Positions 1 through 12,959 of a stretch of DNA of 64,000 nt are shown here, piece by piece (position 1 is the first letter of the stretch; each line of letters begins with the position of its first letter). Position numbers and translations under genes: made by a program. This DNA comes from Trichodelitschia bisporula. Its lineage: Eukaryota. The notes beneath the pieces are model-generated. The model was not told the origin of the DNA and ran no database searches. It saw only the letters and a program-made list of their open reading frames with translations. The stretch covers positions 679,923 through 743,922 of the forward strand of contig ML996698.1 in NCBI GenBank assembly GCA_010356995.1. The letters are read 5' to 3'.

Positions 1-1048
1 GCAAATGAAGCAGAACGGGTGTGAATCCTTGTGTGATGTTTAATGCAACTAACACAAGGTGCCCGCTATCAGGCATGATGATAGCCGATGCTCATCCGAT
101 GTATTGTCGAACGAAGATCTTGAACAGGTCGTTCCACACGAGACCAAGGTAGAATTTCTTCCCAGGGTCCCTGACGCGTGAGGACGTATCCCCGGACCGT
201 ATGTTGTGGGATCGCCCGATGAGAACCGTACTCATGACCGTGCTTTCGACTATGGGACGTAGTTCCACTCATATGGCCTTGCCTCAGCTCAGATGTCTTG
301 TGCCGATGGACAATGGATACAGAGGATCCGGAAGCGCTAGAGGCTGTCAAAATTCTTCCGGGGTACATATCAAGAGCAGAGCCGAATAGTAATCAGTTTC
401 CCGATATCTAACGCGGTGAGACATTATCTCGCTGCTTGAAAAAGTCAGGGGCTGCCGGGATCGCGGCACTTGCAGGCTGAGAAGAGATGGGAATGTCAGC
501 CACCGTCCTCAATCGGCATTGGGCATGCAGCATCAGCACTCGGCCCGGGGGACAGCGGTTCACTCACGTCCGGCGATTGATCGCGGCCAAGATCGCCCGG
601 CACGGCTGGGTGCTGAGGCGCTGCTTCGTAAGCGTGTCGGCTGCGCAATCGCGGAAGAGACATCAATACTCGGCACGGCACTTATTCAGCTTTATCGAAA
701 AGCGCAAGAGAGGTCGGAAAGTAAGCCACAGGAGGTTTCCTTGTCGGTATCTGGCTTGGAGTCGGGTATCTCTGCTTCATGTTGCGGTCGGCGCAGGTGT
801 GAGCATCTCGGCAGGATGTCCGTGTGGCACCCAATCAGGTTCCACGTAGCCGGACTACATGTCTCGAGGCATGGGACGCGCAGGTCATAACACATTTCCT
901 GTTACTTCCAGTGTCAACTCCTTCAAACAACGTCAGCTCAAGCGTGCAGCCAGTTTGACTTGACTGCCTTCGGTTTGGGTGTCGCGAACACGTTAACCGG
1001 ACGATCCCCTTTCGCCACGTTGCGTCAGTGGTAACAACGCCCGGCGAC

Positions 1049-2668
1049 ATGGCTGGCAGCCGCCTCGAGATCGTAGAGGTTGATGAAGCTGGTAACACCA
1101 CTGCAACGTACATCACAAATGAAGGAAGTGCAGGCAAAAAGCCCGACCCAAGTAGTCGGGTCGACGTTATCGTACAGCGCCGACTCCTACCCGACCGTCA
1201 AGCTACTAACGTCGGCAGCTTCCACAGGATCCGAAGTCCTTGTGGCAAAAGGGTCTGGATGTGTTCCTTCCTGCTGGCTATCCGCAGAGCGTAACGGAGG
1301 ACTACATGGCGTGAGTAACTAGGATCTAGAACTAAACTACAGTGTTCTAAGGAGAAGCAGCTATCAAATCTACGTATGGCGCAAATGACTGGACGCTGAA
1401 TCATGTCTGATGCCCAAAGGACTCGCTGCAGGCCTTCTCTAGCTCCATTGCGGGTCTTCTGTCAGGGAGAGCCGTACTTCAAGGTGCGTGACCCCTCGCT
1501 GGGCTCCGAAGCCTGCGCAAGTCGCTGGTCCCGCCTAACCAATGGAGCCATAGGCGTCGGTGTTGGCGATGCTTCCGCAACGCCAACGGCAGCACTGCTC
1601 TACACGGTACTTCAAGAATCGGCGGGCCGCCTAGCCACGATCCTCTTTGCATACAGGCTTGGTACAGCGTTGGAGCCCGAGTGCAAAATGTACCGGCTGG
1701 CGGCCGACATCTTCAACGACGCGGCAATGATTCTCGATTGCCTGTCGCCCGTCTTCCCTAAGCCCATTAGGATCGCGATCCTTAGTTCATCAAGCATCCT
1801 AAGAGCGCTTTGCGGCGTCGCCGCAGGCAGCTCAAAAGCCAGCCTTAGCGCTCACTTTGCGAAATGGGGAAACCTCGGAGAATTGAACGCTGTGAGGGAT
1901 TGGGCGCTGAAACGTGGCTCCGCTGATGGAAGCTGACGATGCTGCAGAAAGATTCAAGCCAAGAAACGGTGATTTCGCTCATTGGAATGCTTGTATGTCC
2001 CACGGCTTAAAGCGCTGTCGATGACTAACCAGCGACAGGCGGGGAGCATGGTGGTGTCGTCCATCTCGTCACCATTGGCAACGTGGAGTACGCTGTTGTT
2101 CCTGCTCGGCGTGCACATTAGCATGAACCACGCTGCGGTTCGATCCGTCAGCATGCGGTCGCTCAACCGCCAGCGGGCCAACATTGTGTTCTCGCACCTG
2201 CTGGCATACGACAAGATGTTGACGCCGCAGCAGGTGTCGCGACGCGAACGCATCTTCGAGCGTAGCGGTGTCCTTCGCTGGGCGGACGACCACATGGTCG
2301 GACATGGCAAAATCGGCGTCAGCCTGGGGGATCTCATTCGCAGTCTCGGGGGAAGTGGTGCCACGCTGACCGAGTTGCTGGACCTGTACGCCGATGAGGC
2401 CTACATTTTATGGTTTGACCCGCACTCCTCAACGGCCCACATTGTGCTCAAACAAGGATGCACTCCCGAGCAGCAGCTAAAGGCCTGGTGCCAAGGGTTG
2501 TTGTTGGCAAAGAAGACGAGCGAGGCAGGCTCCAGCACAGAGGGAGCGGAGACGCTGCGTGAGATTACACGCGTATTCAGCGAATACAGCCGGCGGCTCA
2601 GAGTGGCAGGTTGGGATCTCAATAGTGCCGCGTTGGAGACCCGCTCGGGGACTCGCGTCAAGGTTTGA
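1049..2668 (+). CDS. RUS1/DUF647 family membrane protein (multi-exon)
   Basis: The spliced reading gives DVFLPAGYPQSVTEDYMAYQIYDSLQAFSSSIAGLLSGRAVLQGVGVGDASA...LEPECKMYRLAADIFND...HFAKWGNLGELNAKDSSQETVISL, motifs typical of the RUS1 family. Several GT-AG introns are present, including a 13-nt exon at 1361-1373. Confidence 0.88.
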
Positions 2669-5377
2669 TGGTGGATTACTGTGCAGCAAAGCTGGGAAAA
2701 GGCAATCAATAACTGGGGGCGACGATATCCGAAATGTGGTAGCGGCTCTCCGGTGGTCCCGAGCCCGAGAGTAAGCGCGGGACTTCGTTGATGATGAGTT
2801 GATGAATTGCCACTGTCTGACGCGAGATGTGGAGACGTGAACAGCAAATTGCCCATGGAACATGATTCGAAGCTGCATGGAAGGAATGATCCTCGTGGGG
2901 GAAGGCACGGCGAGTTGGTGGGTGACGATTGGCTCACCCCTGTCTCGTGCCACGGGCTGCCACTTTGCACTTCTCACCCGTGCCACCCTTGCTGACTGGG
3001 CTAGACCCAGTCAGGTACTGTTCTAGAAGGGATTCTGTCGGCTGTGGAAGGTACGGTGGAAGGTTGGAAGGTTCCATGGAAGGTGCGGTGGAAACAATAG
3101 TTCAATTTCCCAGCCGTGGCAAAGCGGTAAAGAAGCGGGTCCTTGTGGAAAGGGAGGGTACTGCAGTACAGTATTTCCTTCCTCACCAGTCACCACCTCT
3201 TTGTTGCATCACATCGGACATGACTGCCGTGCTTCTTTATTATTGCCCTTGCAAAAGGGCACATCCCACGTTCCTGGCTCTCTGCGGCTCCAGCTGGATC
3301 GTACACACGGCAGACTCGCATCGCAAAAACCCGCAAGCCATCAAACTCAAATGGCAACCCCCGGCGTTAGCACCAGCCCAAGTCGTCGGGTCCGAAGCCA
3401 GCATGAGTCGGCACACTTCGAACGGCATCGGCTGGAAAAAGTATGAAGCGTAGCCAGCCTCCTGGCAGAAGGGGGACCACCCTCAAAGGCCGGTAGCGGC
3501 TTGGACACACGCAAACAATGAGCACTGAGAAGATGCGTTGCACGGCCTTCTCGCCGTTGTTCCACCTTTGGAACCCAGCGTCCGGCGCGCCGGAGGAGTA
3601 GAGAGCACGTGTGGGACTGTGACGACGTCGGGACGCATCCGGCACGACCGAGCCTGAGTCGGTGGGAAAGGGTTAGGAGTCGTTGGTGCTGACTGCAGCG
3701 TTTTGAGAGCCGCAAATCTCGCCTTCTGCAGGCGGAGCGCTTGTGACTCGCGAATGCCGATGGGTCTCTATTTGCCCAGGGCTTTACCGGGAAATACTGG
3801 CGCGGGCATCGTACGGTAGATAACTAGCCGACGGCGCGAGTTAAGAACAAGCTCCCTCCCCGAGACCTGACTATTGATGGACCAGGCCCTCGGTACAACG
3901 CCGCAGCTAGCAGTGGCATCATATGAAAAAGTGCGTAGTTCATCTCCCTTCGCTGGCTTCGTCTTGCAGATCCAAGACAGGCTCAGCATTATTGGGGGGG
4001 AAAGGTTATTGAGCCGACCAGGCGGGAATAATGCCGGCTTTTGCTTTAGAGCGTGGTGACGGCATCAACGCGCGGAGATGTTTCATCTGCGTTGGCTCGC
4101 AAATGGGACCAATGGAATGGACAGATGGACATCAGGGGGGTTTGGGACTTCGCCATAAAGTTCACCCGATAGCAACTAGGATTGGACAAGGACGAGGGGG
4201 GGAAGTTGATGAGGCAAGCGCGGCAAAATGAACAGCGCGTGGACGACAGGCGGGAAGGCTGCGAGTAATGACAGCACAAAGCCTTGCTGGGCTAAAAGGG
4301 CACTTGTCCATACTTGTGCAAAGCCCCGCAAGCCTTGACACCATTGGCGCGGGGGGGAGAGCAATGGCGCCAAGATGAATGATGGGTGATGATTGGAGAG
4401 GACAAGGGAAGAATTGGAGGGGGTGACAGCACGCGGCATGGAAGGTGTGGACATGGGACAGGGTTAAATGAGTGTAAAGGGGGGTGGGGGAGTGAAATGA
4501 GTGGAGGATAGAGAATACGGGGGGGGGGAGACGCTGGACGAAAGACAGTGCAAGTACGGTATACACCGTGCAGAGGGAAAAGAAGAAGAAGAGGAAGAGA
4601 AGTGGAAGCGGAAGGGAACAAGGAATCTCTCGAAAGCGTTGGAAGCGCACTAGAAGGCCCGCCCATGCCGCCCACTCCGGAGCAGCCCCACTTGGCGGCC
4701 CTATCGCGCTGCACCGCTCCCACGCCTGTCTTGATCAGTGATCAGTGATCGTCGGTCGCCCTTTCCCTCTTCTCTCTACTGTCTGCCTCTTTTCCCCCTC
4801 CTCTCTTCACACAATACCTATCCCGTCCCCCTTCCACACTCTCTCCCCCTTCCCCCTGGCGGCTCCGTAGTCATTCTCATCTCTTCTCTCGCATCATCGT
4901 ACCTCTTACTCCTCTTTTCGCCTTCCTCTCTCCTCTCTCTCCTCATCCATCCTCACTTCGCGCATTCCTCCGCAAGCTATCCCCGCGCCCAATTCTCCCG
5001 ATTCTCTCAGCCTTCTTCAACTCCCTATCGTTCCCGGCTGTGCCCCAAACGTGTACCCGCTTCCCGAGTCGCACCTTCTGTTGGCTAGGCAAAAAAAAGA
5101 GTGGAGACGCGGTCTGTGGGTCCTGCCCTTTTGGAAGCCACTCCCCGAACAACCCACTCTATACCAGACACGCGCCTTACCTCTCACCACCACCACCATC
5201 TCTCCCATCACCACCACCACCATCAACCCCCCCCCCCCGCTAGCAAGAGAAAGTGTCGCCAGTCGCCCCTTCCACGCTTAACACTCGCCTCGTACTCTAT
5301 TCAACGCCCACTGTTACCGCCCGGGCCGAACCCGATTTAGCATCCCATCGTATATCTCAATAGCTACCCCCCTCCCC

Positions 5378-5405
5378 CACACACACACACACACACACAC
5401 ACACA
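5378..5405. repeat. (CA)n microsatellite
   Basis: Uninterrupted CA dinucleotide run in the leader upstream of the RGS gene. Confidence 0.95.
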
Positions 5406-5893
5406 ACTCACACGCCTTACCTTGTCAACATCTCATTCCGCAGCTGTCGCACCTTAACCTCAACTCCCCACCACCAACGGAAACTCTCACCACTTCGTCA
5501 TCAGTGCACCTCACCACGCATCCTACCCACTCCACCATAGACGCTTGTCCACCTGTTGTGTAACCGACGCTGTTCAACTACGCTCGCCCCTCCCACACAC
5601 CCTATCCACCCTTTGTCGACCCTACTCCGCCTTTTTACCCCGTCCCCTAAGCACGACCATTCGCCAATGTCCTCATAAGGTCCGGTCGTCGCTCTCTCGA
5701 ATCGTCAAGGCCTTTCGCCCTCACAACAACCTTCGCAACCTTCACAATTCCGTCTCTCTGTTTCCCGATTTCTGCCAATCTGGCTTTCCGTCGCCGCCGC
5801 TCGCAGCCCCAGCTGTGCCTTCGATCCGGTGACGAGCGACAGAAGGACCGTCAACTGCGGAGGGCGGCAAGGGGTGGTATCTGGAAGAACGTG

Positions 5894-7141
5894 ATGAGTG
5901 GTCGGAGATCCGTCACCTCCTTGCTTTCGTCCAAGTCCACGTCCCCCGCAGCCGCCTCTTCCCGCGTCATATCACACGCCGCACCCTCCCCCGACACCAC
6001 AGACACCGACGATAGCGACGGTAAATCAGTCATGGCGCACTATGCTCCCGCCAGTCGACCGTTGAGCGTCGCGATCCCCCACACCTTTGGCGCTCAGGGT
6101 CCGTACTGTCCGCGGAGACCACATCTTTCCGAAATCCTCGCCAACACGTCGACACCGCCATGGACCCTTAGTGCGTTCATGGCATACCTGTCGCAAAATC
6201 ACTGCTTGGAGACGCTCGAATTCACCATGGATGCGACGCGCTACCGTAAGCATTACCTCAAGACGGCCGGCCGCTGTCCCAACGGTCAGATCGCGCCCAA
6301 GACCGAAGAGTGCGTCTACATTCAATCGCTCTGGCAGCGGCTGTTGCAAGCGTACATCATCCCCAACGGTCCTCGGGAGGTCAATCTCCCTTCCGATGTG
6401 CGCAACGACCTGCTGTCCCTCTCTGCTGACACCGACCTCCCGCCGCACCCTTCGGTTCTGGATACCGCGGTGCAAAAGGTCTACGAGCTGATGGAGGAGT
6501 CAGTACTGGTCCCGTTTCTCAACAGCGTCTGGCCACAGTCGTCAAACCCAGACTCGGCATACAACACTTCTTCCGAAGAGCTGTCGTCCGGTCCTCATGC
6601 CGGATCGTACGACGATCGCGCCTTTTACCGCGCTAGGTCTCGGCGACAACGCCGATCATCACCACCGCTATCAATGTCGACCCCTGCTACCGGAATTTCG
6701 ACAAACCGTGCATCGGCTCCCTCATCGTTTGCCTCATTCGCGCGAACTCTCTCGCATTCTGCTCGCCAAATCTCTCACCCGAACTCCCACACGTCCTCGG
6801 CAACGAACTCGACGCGTACATCGGCATCTGCGGCTACGCTCAGCCCCCTAGTTCACCCGACCTCAGACTACTCGTCGGCGAGTGGCTCGCCTGCTGACTC
6901 GACACCTGCGGACGACTCTACGACCAGCCCTGACGGCTTCTACGATCCCATGACGCCTCCGACGACACCACCGCTTTGCGAGTTTGCAGGCGGAAGTCCC
7001 ATGAGCGTGACGTCCGGGTCAGTTGGCGATCGAAGGGAAAGAGAGCAGAGCGGCAGCGCTTGGAGGAAGATGCGAAGTAGTTTCGGGTTCCGGAAGAAGG
7101 CAGATTCGCCGTTTGGAAGGGACGATGAGATGCAGATGTGA
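5894..7141 (+). CDS. Regulator of G-protein signalling (RGS domain, RgsA/Rgs2-like)
   Basis: Intronless ORF containing LSEILANTSTPPWTLSAFMAYLSQNHCLETLEF...YIIPNGPREVNLPSDVR...VYELMEESVLVPFLN (RGS box) followed by a Ser/Thr-rich tail. The start codon is uncertain. Confidence 0.88.
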   Translation: MSGRRSVTSLLSSKSTSPAAASSRVISHAAPSPDTTDTDDSDGKSVMAHYAPASRPLSVAIPHTFGAQGPYCPRRPHLSEILANTSTPPWTLSAFMAYLSQNHCLETLEFTMDATRYRKHYLKTAGRCPNGQIAPKTEECVYIQSLWQRLLQAYIIPNGPREVNLPSDVRNDLLSLSADTDLPPHPSVLDTAVQKVYELMEESVLVPFLNSVWPQSSNPDSAYNTSSEELSSGPHAGSYDDRAFYRARSRRQRRSSPPLSMSTPATGISTNRASAPSSFASFARTLSHSARQISHPNSHTSSATNSTRTSASAATLSPLVHPTSDYSSASGSPADSTPADDSTTSPDGFYDPMTPPTTPPLCEFAGGSPMSVTSGSVGDRREREQSGSAWRKMRSSFGFRKKADSPFGRDDEMQM

Positions 7142-7833
7142 TGCTTTTTCCTGGTTGTGTATCTCACATCTCTCCTGAGAACTGGTGGTTGCTTTGGCGC
7201 ATTTGGGCAGGCGGGAATAGTTTGTACCTACGACGGCAGGAAAAGGCAACGGCGTAGAGGCATGGGTTGGGCTTGACTTTTTTTTGGGAAGCATGATTTG
7301 CCTGGATATTCTCTTTTGGCCATGCATTTGAACGGTACGCGGGTGACCTGGGCGATCATTACACATTAGACGTGGGGACCTTTTGGTTTTGAGGAGTCAT
7401 ATTGGGGGGATGGGGCAACGGCGAATGGACTGGACGCATCATCTCCCGGCGTCGTCATTGTGGTTGGTGGTATTAGGGTGTGTATGTACATAAAGCTGGC
7501 ATTGGGTGGATTTGAACCCAGGATTGCGCGGCCGGCGAGCGCGCAGCGGGTAGATATGATGGGGGCCTGGCTCGCTGCGAAGCGGATAGAGGCCGCGAAT
7601 GATATCATGATTGTCAAGGGCTTGGAACTGTTGCTTCCGTGTCTTCATCTTTTTCTGCAAGTTGATTTGGCAGATATGTGCTGCCTTCCCGGTTTGATTT
7701 GATTTGAGGTGTCTAGACCTAGCCTGGGAGGATACTCGTCTCCAGCTGCTGGATACGCCGTTACTTCGACTTCGCATGGACTTCAGACCCTCAAACACGG
7801 GACTCCCCTCGGCGTACTCGCAGATGGATACAC

Positions 7834-9425
7834 TCAATCCTCCAGGTTGACATCCTTGATGTCATAATGATCCATGACGATTTTGTAAAGGTAAGACGGT
7901 GCATGGCCGCCCCTGTCACAGTCAGCAGGCAGTCAGGGCACAGGGGATACCACGTCAGACTCACAGGTTGGTGATGTACAGGTCGATAAGATCAGGCGTG
8001 ATGTAGTCATACAGCGGGTTGAAGACTTTAAGCTTCTGCACGATTTCCTGGTCGGAGTAGCGTTCCACTACGCCGGCATCGCCCCACTCAATCAACTCAT
8101 CGTTGTCGAAGGGGTAGATGGGGCTGAGCTTATACACGCCGCTGAGCACGACGACAGGGGTTTGATGCACCTTTGCCGCCTTTACGATGTTGCCGGCTCC
8201 GGCGGCGGCAACAAGACCGCCGTTCGCGAGGACGGTGTGTGTGGCGAGGATGACTTTGTTCACCCGAGACATCAGTGCGAAGACAGCGGCGTCTGGGATC
8301 ATGATCACCGTGATACCTGCGGCAGTGAGTGGCTTGAATGGTTCATCCGCTAGCTCGAGTTCCTCGTTGAACTCCTGTGGTCGGCCACCGAAGATGGTAG
8401 TTACCGTGGAGGCAGACTCGTTGGGGTACCCCTCTACGTGGATGACGGTGAATTTGCGCTTCCGAGCTGCGGTCAGGAGGAAGTTCTGCACGGTGAGCGA
8501 GGCGGTGTACGTCAGGATGATCTCGTCAGCGTGTATGTGATCGAGGGCATACAGGGCGATTTCCTGATCGACAGACTCGAGTTCGTCGAGGATCTCGCGG
8601 ACGCTCTCGAGGACTTCGGCTTTGATGTCCTTGAGCGGGACCTCGGTGAAATTCTCCGGCCTCCCACTACTCTTTACGCTCTGCAAAGCCGGCGAGTCGA
8701 CGCCTGAGGGGTCGTCGTCGATTTCTGGCTGTGTGAACAAGCCGAACATCTGCTGCGCGGTCGGCGCAATAGTCGACACTTGCGTAAGAGCCGTCTGCAA
8801 TGATGGACGGATCGGGAGCGGAGTGTACGTCCCAGGGAGCTCCCCCTCGGCTTTGGGCGGCACCATGCTGGCTGGTTCCGTTGCTCCATGCTTGAGAGGA
8901 CTGAAGGTGGAAATGCCGGAAGACAGATTCGGCCGGTGCCTGACGGGGCTGTGGTTGCGGCTCTCCTGCTTCTCGGCCTCGCTGTCACCATCACGCTCGC
9001 TATCGCCATCTAGTCCCTCATCGCTCACGGATCTATCGCTACCCAGAATGGCTCCCTCAGCAACTTCCCGGATCAGAGCGAGCACGCGCCGCACCATATT
9101 GCCGACGACCATCTCCCGCGGCGTCGCAGCGATGAGGCGCCGGCCCACGGAGCGGATGCGCAAAAGCAGTTCGTCGGCATTGGCGCCACGAAAGTCGGCG
9201 AGGACACGGCGCAGGAGGTGCGTGGTTGCCAGGGCGCATAGCCGAGGAGTGCGGATTTGTCTACGTTTGAGGAGACTACACACACAGGTGGTTAGGTACT
9301 GATGCAGCGGGTGGGGAAGAATCTTACTCGGCCAGCAGCTCTATGCAGGGCTCGACATCTCTGCTTTTCAACGCCTTCAAGAAGTAGGGAAGATCGGGCG
9401 TTGCCGAGTTCATGGCGCCCGGCAT
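7834..9425 (-). CDS. GCD7: Translation initiation factor eIF2B beta subunit
   Basis: IF-2B motifs PREMVVGNMVRRVL, DHIHADEIILT, IPDAAVFALMSRVNKVIL, ANGGLVA, NPLYDYITPDLIDLYITN and a final exon GGHAPSYLYKIVMDHY. Two introns are inferred. Confidence 0.93.
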
Positions 9426-9838
9426 GCCGTTCGCAGCTATTTGAGCCAGCGAAGGCGCCGATGTGTTGGCGGGGTAGTTGCGCGACAAGTAAGAGCGGCG
9501 CACGAAGGGAAGCAGAGAGCACGCTGTTCACTTTAAGCAGAAGAAAAAGATAGGGAAGATCGAGGGTGGTGTGGAGAGGCTTTTATATTGGCGGGATCTA
9601 TGTGTTGTGCAGTTGTACAGTCAGTTCCATACACGGAGCTAAGGCTGTCGTTAATGTGTGGTAGTCTTGGCATGTCGTTTCCCAACTGTTTGGTGGGAGA
9701 CGCACTTTTTTGGGGTTGGGAGGGGTTGGGGGAGGGGGAGGAGAGTTGGCGAGTAGAGAAGGAAGAAAGAGACGGAGGAGAGCTTCGTCATGCACTCTTC
9801 CCCCCTCTTCTCCCCCCCCCTAAGGCCACCAACAATAA

Positions 9839-9871
9839 CCTCCTCCTCCTCCTCCTCCTCCTCCTCCTCCT
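9839..9871. repeat. (TCC)n microsatellite in the divergent GCD7/NEM1 promoter
   Basis: About 11 TCC units in tandem. Confidence 0.9.
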
Positions 9872-10410
9872 TGCCTTGCCCACCTCTACCAACACTACTC
9901 TCTCCATCAACCATCGCGAGTCTACCGGTATTCGTGTCAAACTCTCCTACTCACTCTGAAACTTGGTCAACCGTAGCTGTGGTTGTCTCCCTCCAACTCC
10001 CCTTCACACTTCCCGTACTCTTCGACCTCTCGCACTCCCGCGCCCAAACGCTTCACCCCCAACCAACCTTTGGCTTGTTGACCCCCTCTCCCCGCTCTCC
10101 CGCCGCACCGCGTGATCCCGAAGGTGGCTACTTGCTGCACATCACATGGGCACAACGCCGTGGTGCCCTTCATCGGTTTTCTGTCCATCGTCCTCCCTGT
10201 CGGAGTTTCTATTGCACTTGTCCATGGCTGGTGCCAGAGCTTGAAGCTCCCCAACCGCCCGCTTTTCCGCCATTGCTGCACCTTCCACCTCCAGTCCCGT
10301 CCTCAACAACGCTGCGCCAACCGAACCATCCAAGGCATATGCACATTTAGACCCATAACCCTCCAATTCGTGGCGACTGGCTCTCGGTGCAGGTGCACGA
10401 CGAGGGCCCG

Positions 10411-11943
10411 ATGCAGGGAGCGGCGCGCGAGCGAGAGGATGGGACGTTGACTAACGCTGCCAACCTCCACATGGACTCGGACGAGCGGTCGCCGCTGCTC
10501 AACAGCGGACCAGAGGTCTTTGGCGATATCAAGTCTCCCGGCAGCTGGCGCTCGCTGCCGAAGCGCGTCACCACCGCGCTCATTGGCACTGTGCGCCTCA
10601 TCATCACCACCGTCGCCTTCCCCGGCCAATACGTGATCGCCTACTTCTACGACGACGAGGGCCGCTTCTCTCCCTTACTTCCCGTCATAACCATATGCCG
10701 CGCCTTGAACCCGCGGAAGCGCAACAAAAACGCGCAACCCATAGCCGTCCCCGCCATGTCCGAGAAGCAGGACGCGCAAGCAACGCGCCAGACCCGAGAC
10801 CGCAGCGGAAACAAAGGAAGGGCACAAAAGAAGACAAAGCGCTCTCCGTCTGTGGCTTCTTCGTCCTCCGCAGTCATCACAACCGATTCCGAGCTGGACG
10901 AGAAGCAGCCAATTGAGCCTGTGGTCGAGGACAGCCCGGCCCGCAACACGCGGTCCAAGTCTCTCGCTGTATCCGCAAATGACGAGATCGCACCCTCAAG
11001 ACGGTCTATCCGGATCAAGTTGCACAGCGAGGATGCGCTGAAGCGCCGCCGGAAGTCACAAGCAGAGAGCAAAGGCAAGACGGAGTCGGCCAGGGAAGCA
11101 GATGTGAAGGACGTCGCAGCTGCGGCCCTCAAATCGCCAACTAGCCCAGCATCGGCGAAGCTTACCAAGTTCCCTCGGGCACCGCTGCCTCCACGTCCCT
11201 TGATCCCCCGTCGACAGCCCTCGTACTCCAAGGCACCTCTCACTGGCGCCCCCCACAAAAAGACGCTCATAATAGACCTCGATGAGACACTGATCCACAG
11301 CCATTCCAAGGGCGGCCGGTTTGCAACCGGCCATATGGTGGAAGTAAAGATTCAGCACGCCGTTGGCGTTGGAGGCGTTAGCATCGGTCCTCAGGTGCCG
11401 ATCCTGTATTACGTACACAAGCGACCGCATTGCGATGAGTTTCTGCGCAAGGTTCGACGCCTTCTGCGCGCCTTCGAAGCAGCTTGCTGATGCGATGCAC
11501 TCTAGGTTCACAAGTGGTACAACCTCGTGATTTTCACAGCATCCGTTCAGGAGTACGCCGATCCCGTAATAGACTGGTTAGAGCTAGAGCGCTCCTACTT
11601 CTCCGGCCGCTACTACCGCCAGCACTGCACGCAGCGTAATGGCGCGTACATTAAAGACCTCAGCCAGGTGGAGCCGGACTTGAGCAAAGTCATGATTGTT
11701 GACAACAGCCCCGTCAGCTACATTTTCCACGAAGGTGTGTGCGTCCGTTGGATTGCATTTCTGGTCTAACCTCAGTGTTCAGATAATGCCATCCCCATAG
11801 AAGGGTGGATCAGTGATCCCACGGATAACGACCTTTTGAATCTCATCCCGCTTCTAGAAGCCCTGCAACATGCAACCGATGTTAGGGCTGTACTGGCTCT
11901 GCGGTTGGGGCAGCCGCAGACTGAGACTATGTATGATGGATGA
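10411..11943 (+). CDS. NEM1: Nem1-like HAD (NIF/FCP1) phosphatase, nuclear envelope morphology
   Basis: Motifs KTLIIDLDETLIHS, YYVHKRPHCDEFL, FTASVQEYADPVIDWLE, YIKDLS, IVDNSP and NAIPIEGWISDP. An N-terminal hydrophobic segment is present. Two introns. The start codon is uncertain (10411 or 10471). Confidence 0.9.
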
Positions 11944-12251
11944 CAGGAGTGCGTAATGGTCTCTTTGCTGGTGTTTTAGGTGGTAGATGATGGGTCTGGT
12001 TTCATCGGAGTAGAACTGGTGTCGTGCTTCTCGGTTTTCGTAAATTCTTGTACCCAAACAACGCATGGCGACTTTGTATTATACCATTAGTTGAATATGG
12101 GAGAGTCAAGGCTTTTGCATCGGTTTGGCTGGGTATGCATGTTGTGAATGCGGTGCGGTTGCCGTGCACATGACACCGTGTCTTGACGCGAAATCTCGAG
12201 CGAACCTCAATCCTACAACCTCGATGCAGTGTCGACGACTCCTCCCATGCC

Positions 12252-12959
12252 ATGTTGCTCCCAACCTGGGGTTCGGCGCTCATCGCGCTCCTCATAGCAC
12301 TGGGAATATTAACAACCCTTCGCCTGCTGTTCATTCTACCACCCTATCGACCCCGCCCCCGCTCTCGCAAACGCTCCTCCCCAACCCACCTCCTCGTCGT
12401 CCTTGGATCCGGCGGCCACACAGCCGAAATGCTCGTCATGCTGCGTGACTTGGACCCGCAAACCTACGCGCGCCGGACCTGGGTCGTCAGCAGCGGGGAT
12501 GCCTTCAGCGCGCGAAAAGCTGAGGAGTTCGAAAGCGACTTACGTCAAAAGGCGCTAGATGCCAACTGCGGGAACTATGAGATCGTCACGATTCCGCGCG
12601 CGCGGCGCGTCCACCAGTCTTTACTCTCGACACCGGTGTCTAGTCTGCAATGTCTCTGGTCTTGTATCCGGCTTCTGCGTCGCGTTGACGTGCAGCGCCC
12701 GGATTTAATCCTCTCGAATGGGCCTGGGACGGGTGTCATCGTCGTTCTGGCTTCGCTCGTTCTGCGGTTCTTCGACTGGTCTTCGCGGCCGGGTGGGCCT
12801 GGTTCTACGAGGCTTATCTATGTGGAAAGTTGGGCGAGGGTCAAGCGGTTGAGCTTGAGTGGGAAGCTACTTCTGCGACTTGTTGACCGGTTTTTGGTTC
12901 AGTGGGAGAGTCTGGAGGGCGCGGGGGGGAGAGCCGAGTTTCATGGCGTGCTCGTCTAG
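12252..12959 (+). CDS. ALG14: UDP-GlcNAc transferase subunit Alg14
   Basis: N-terminal TM helix; motifs LVVLGSGGHTAEM, IPRARRVHQS, PDLILSNGPGT, IYVESWARVKRLSLSGKLL and FLVQW. Confidence 0.95.
   Translation: MLLPTWGSALIALLIALGILTTLRLLFILPPYRPRPRSRKRSSPTHLLVVLGSGGHTAEMLVMLRDLDPQTYARRTWVVSSGDAFSARKAEEFESDLRQKALDANCGNYEIVTIPRARRVHQSLLSTPVSSLQCLWSCIRLLRRVDVQRPDLILSNGPGTGVIVVLASLVLRFFDWSSRPGGPGSTRLIYVESWARVKRLSLSGKLLLRLVDRFLVQWESLEGAGGRAEFHGVLV

Noticed and set aside
1..1000. Short ORFs at the window start
   Set aside because: There are no recognisable motifs or consistent exon chain, so a gene call cannot be supported.
2785..2830. Box C/D snoRNA (TGATGA...CTGA)
   Set aside because: The boxes are too close, and there is no terminal D box with a closing stem and no recognisable rRNA guide.
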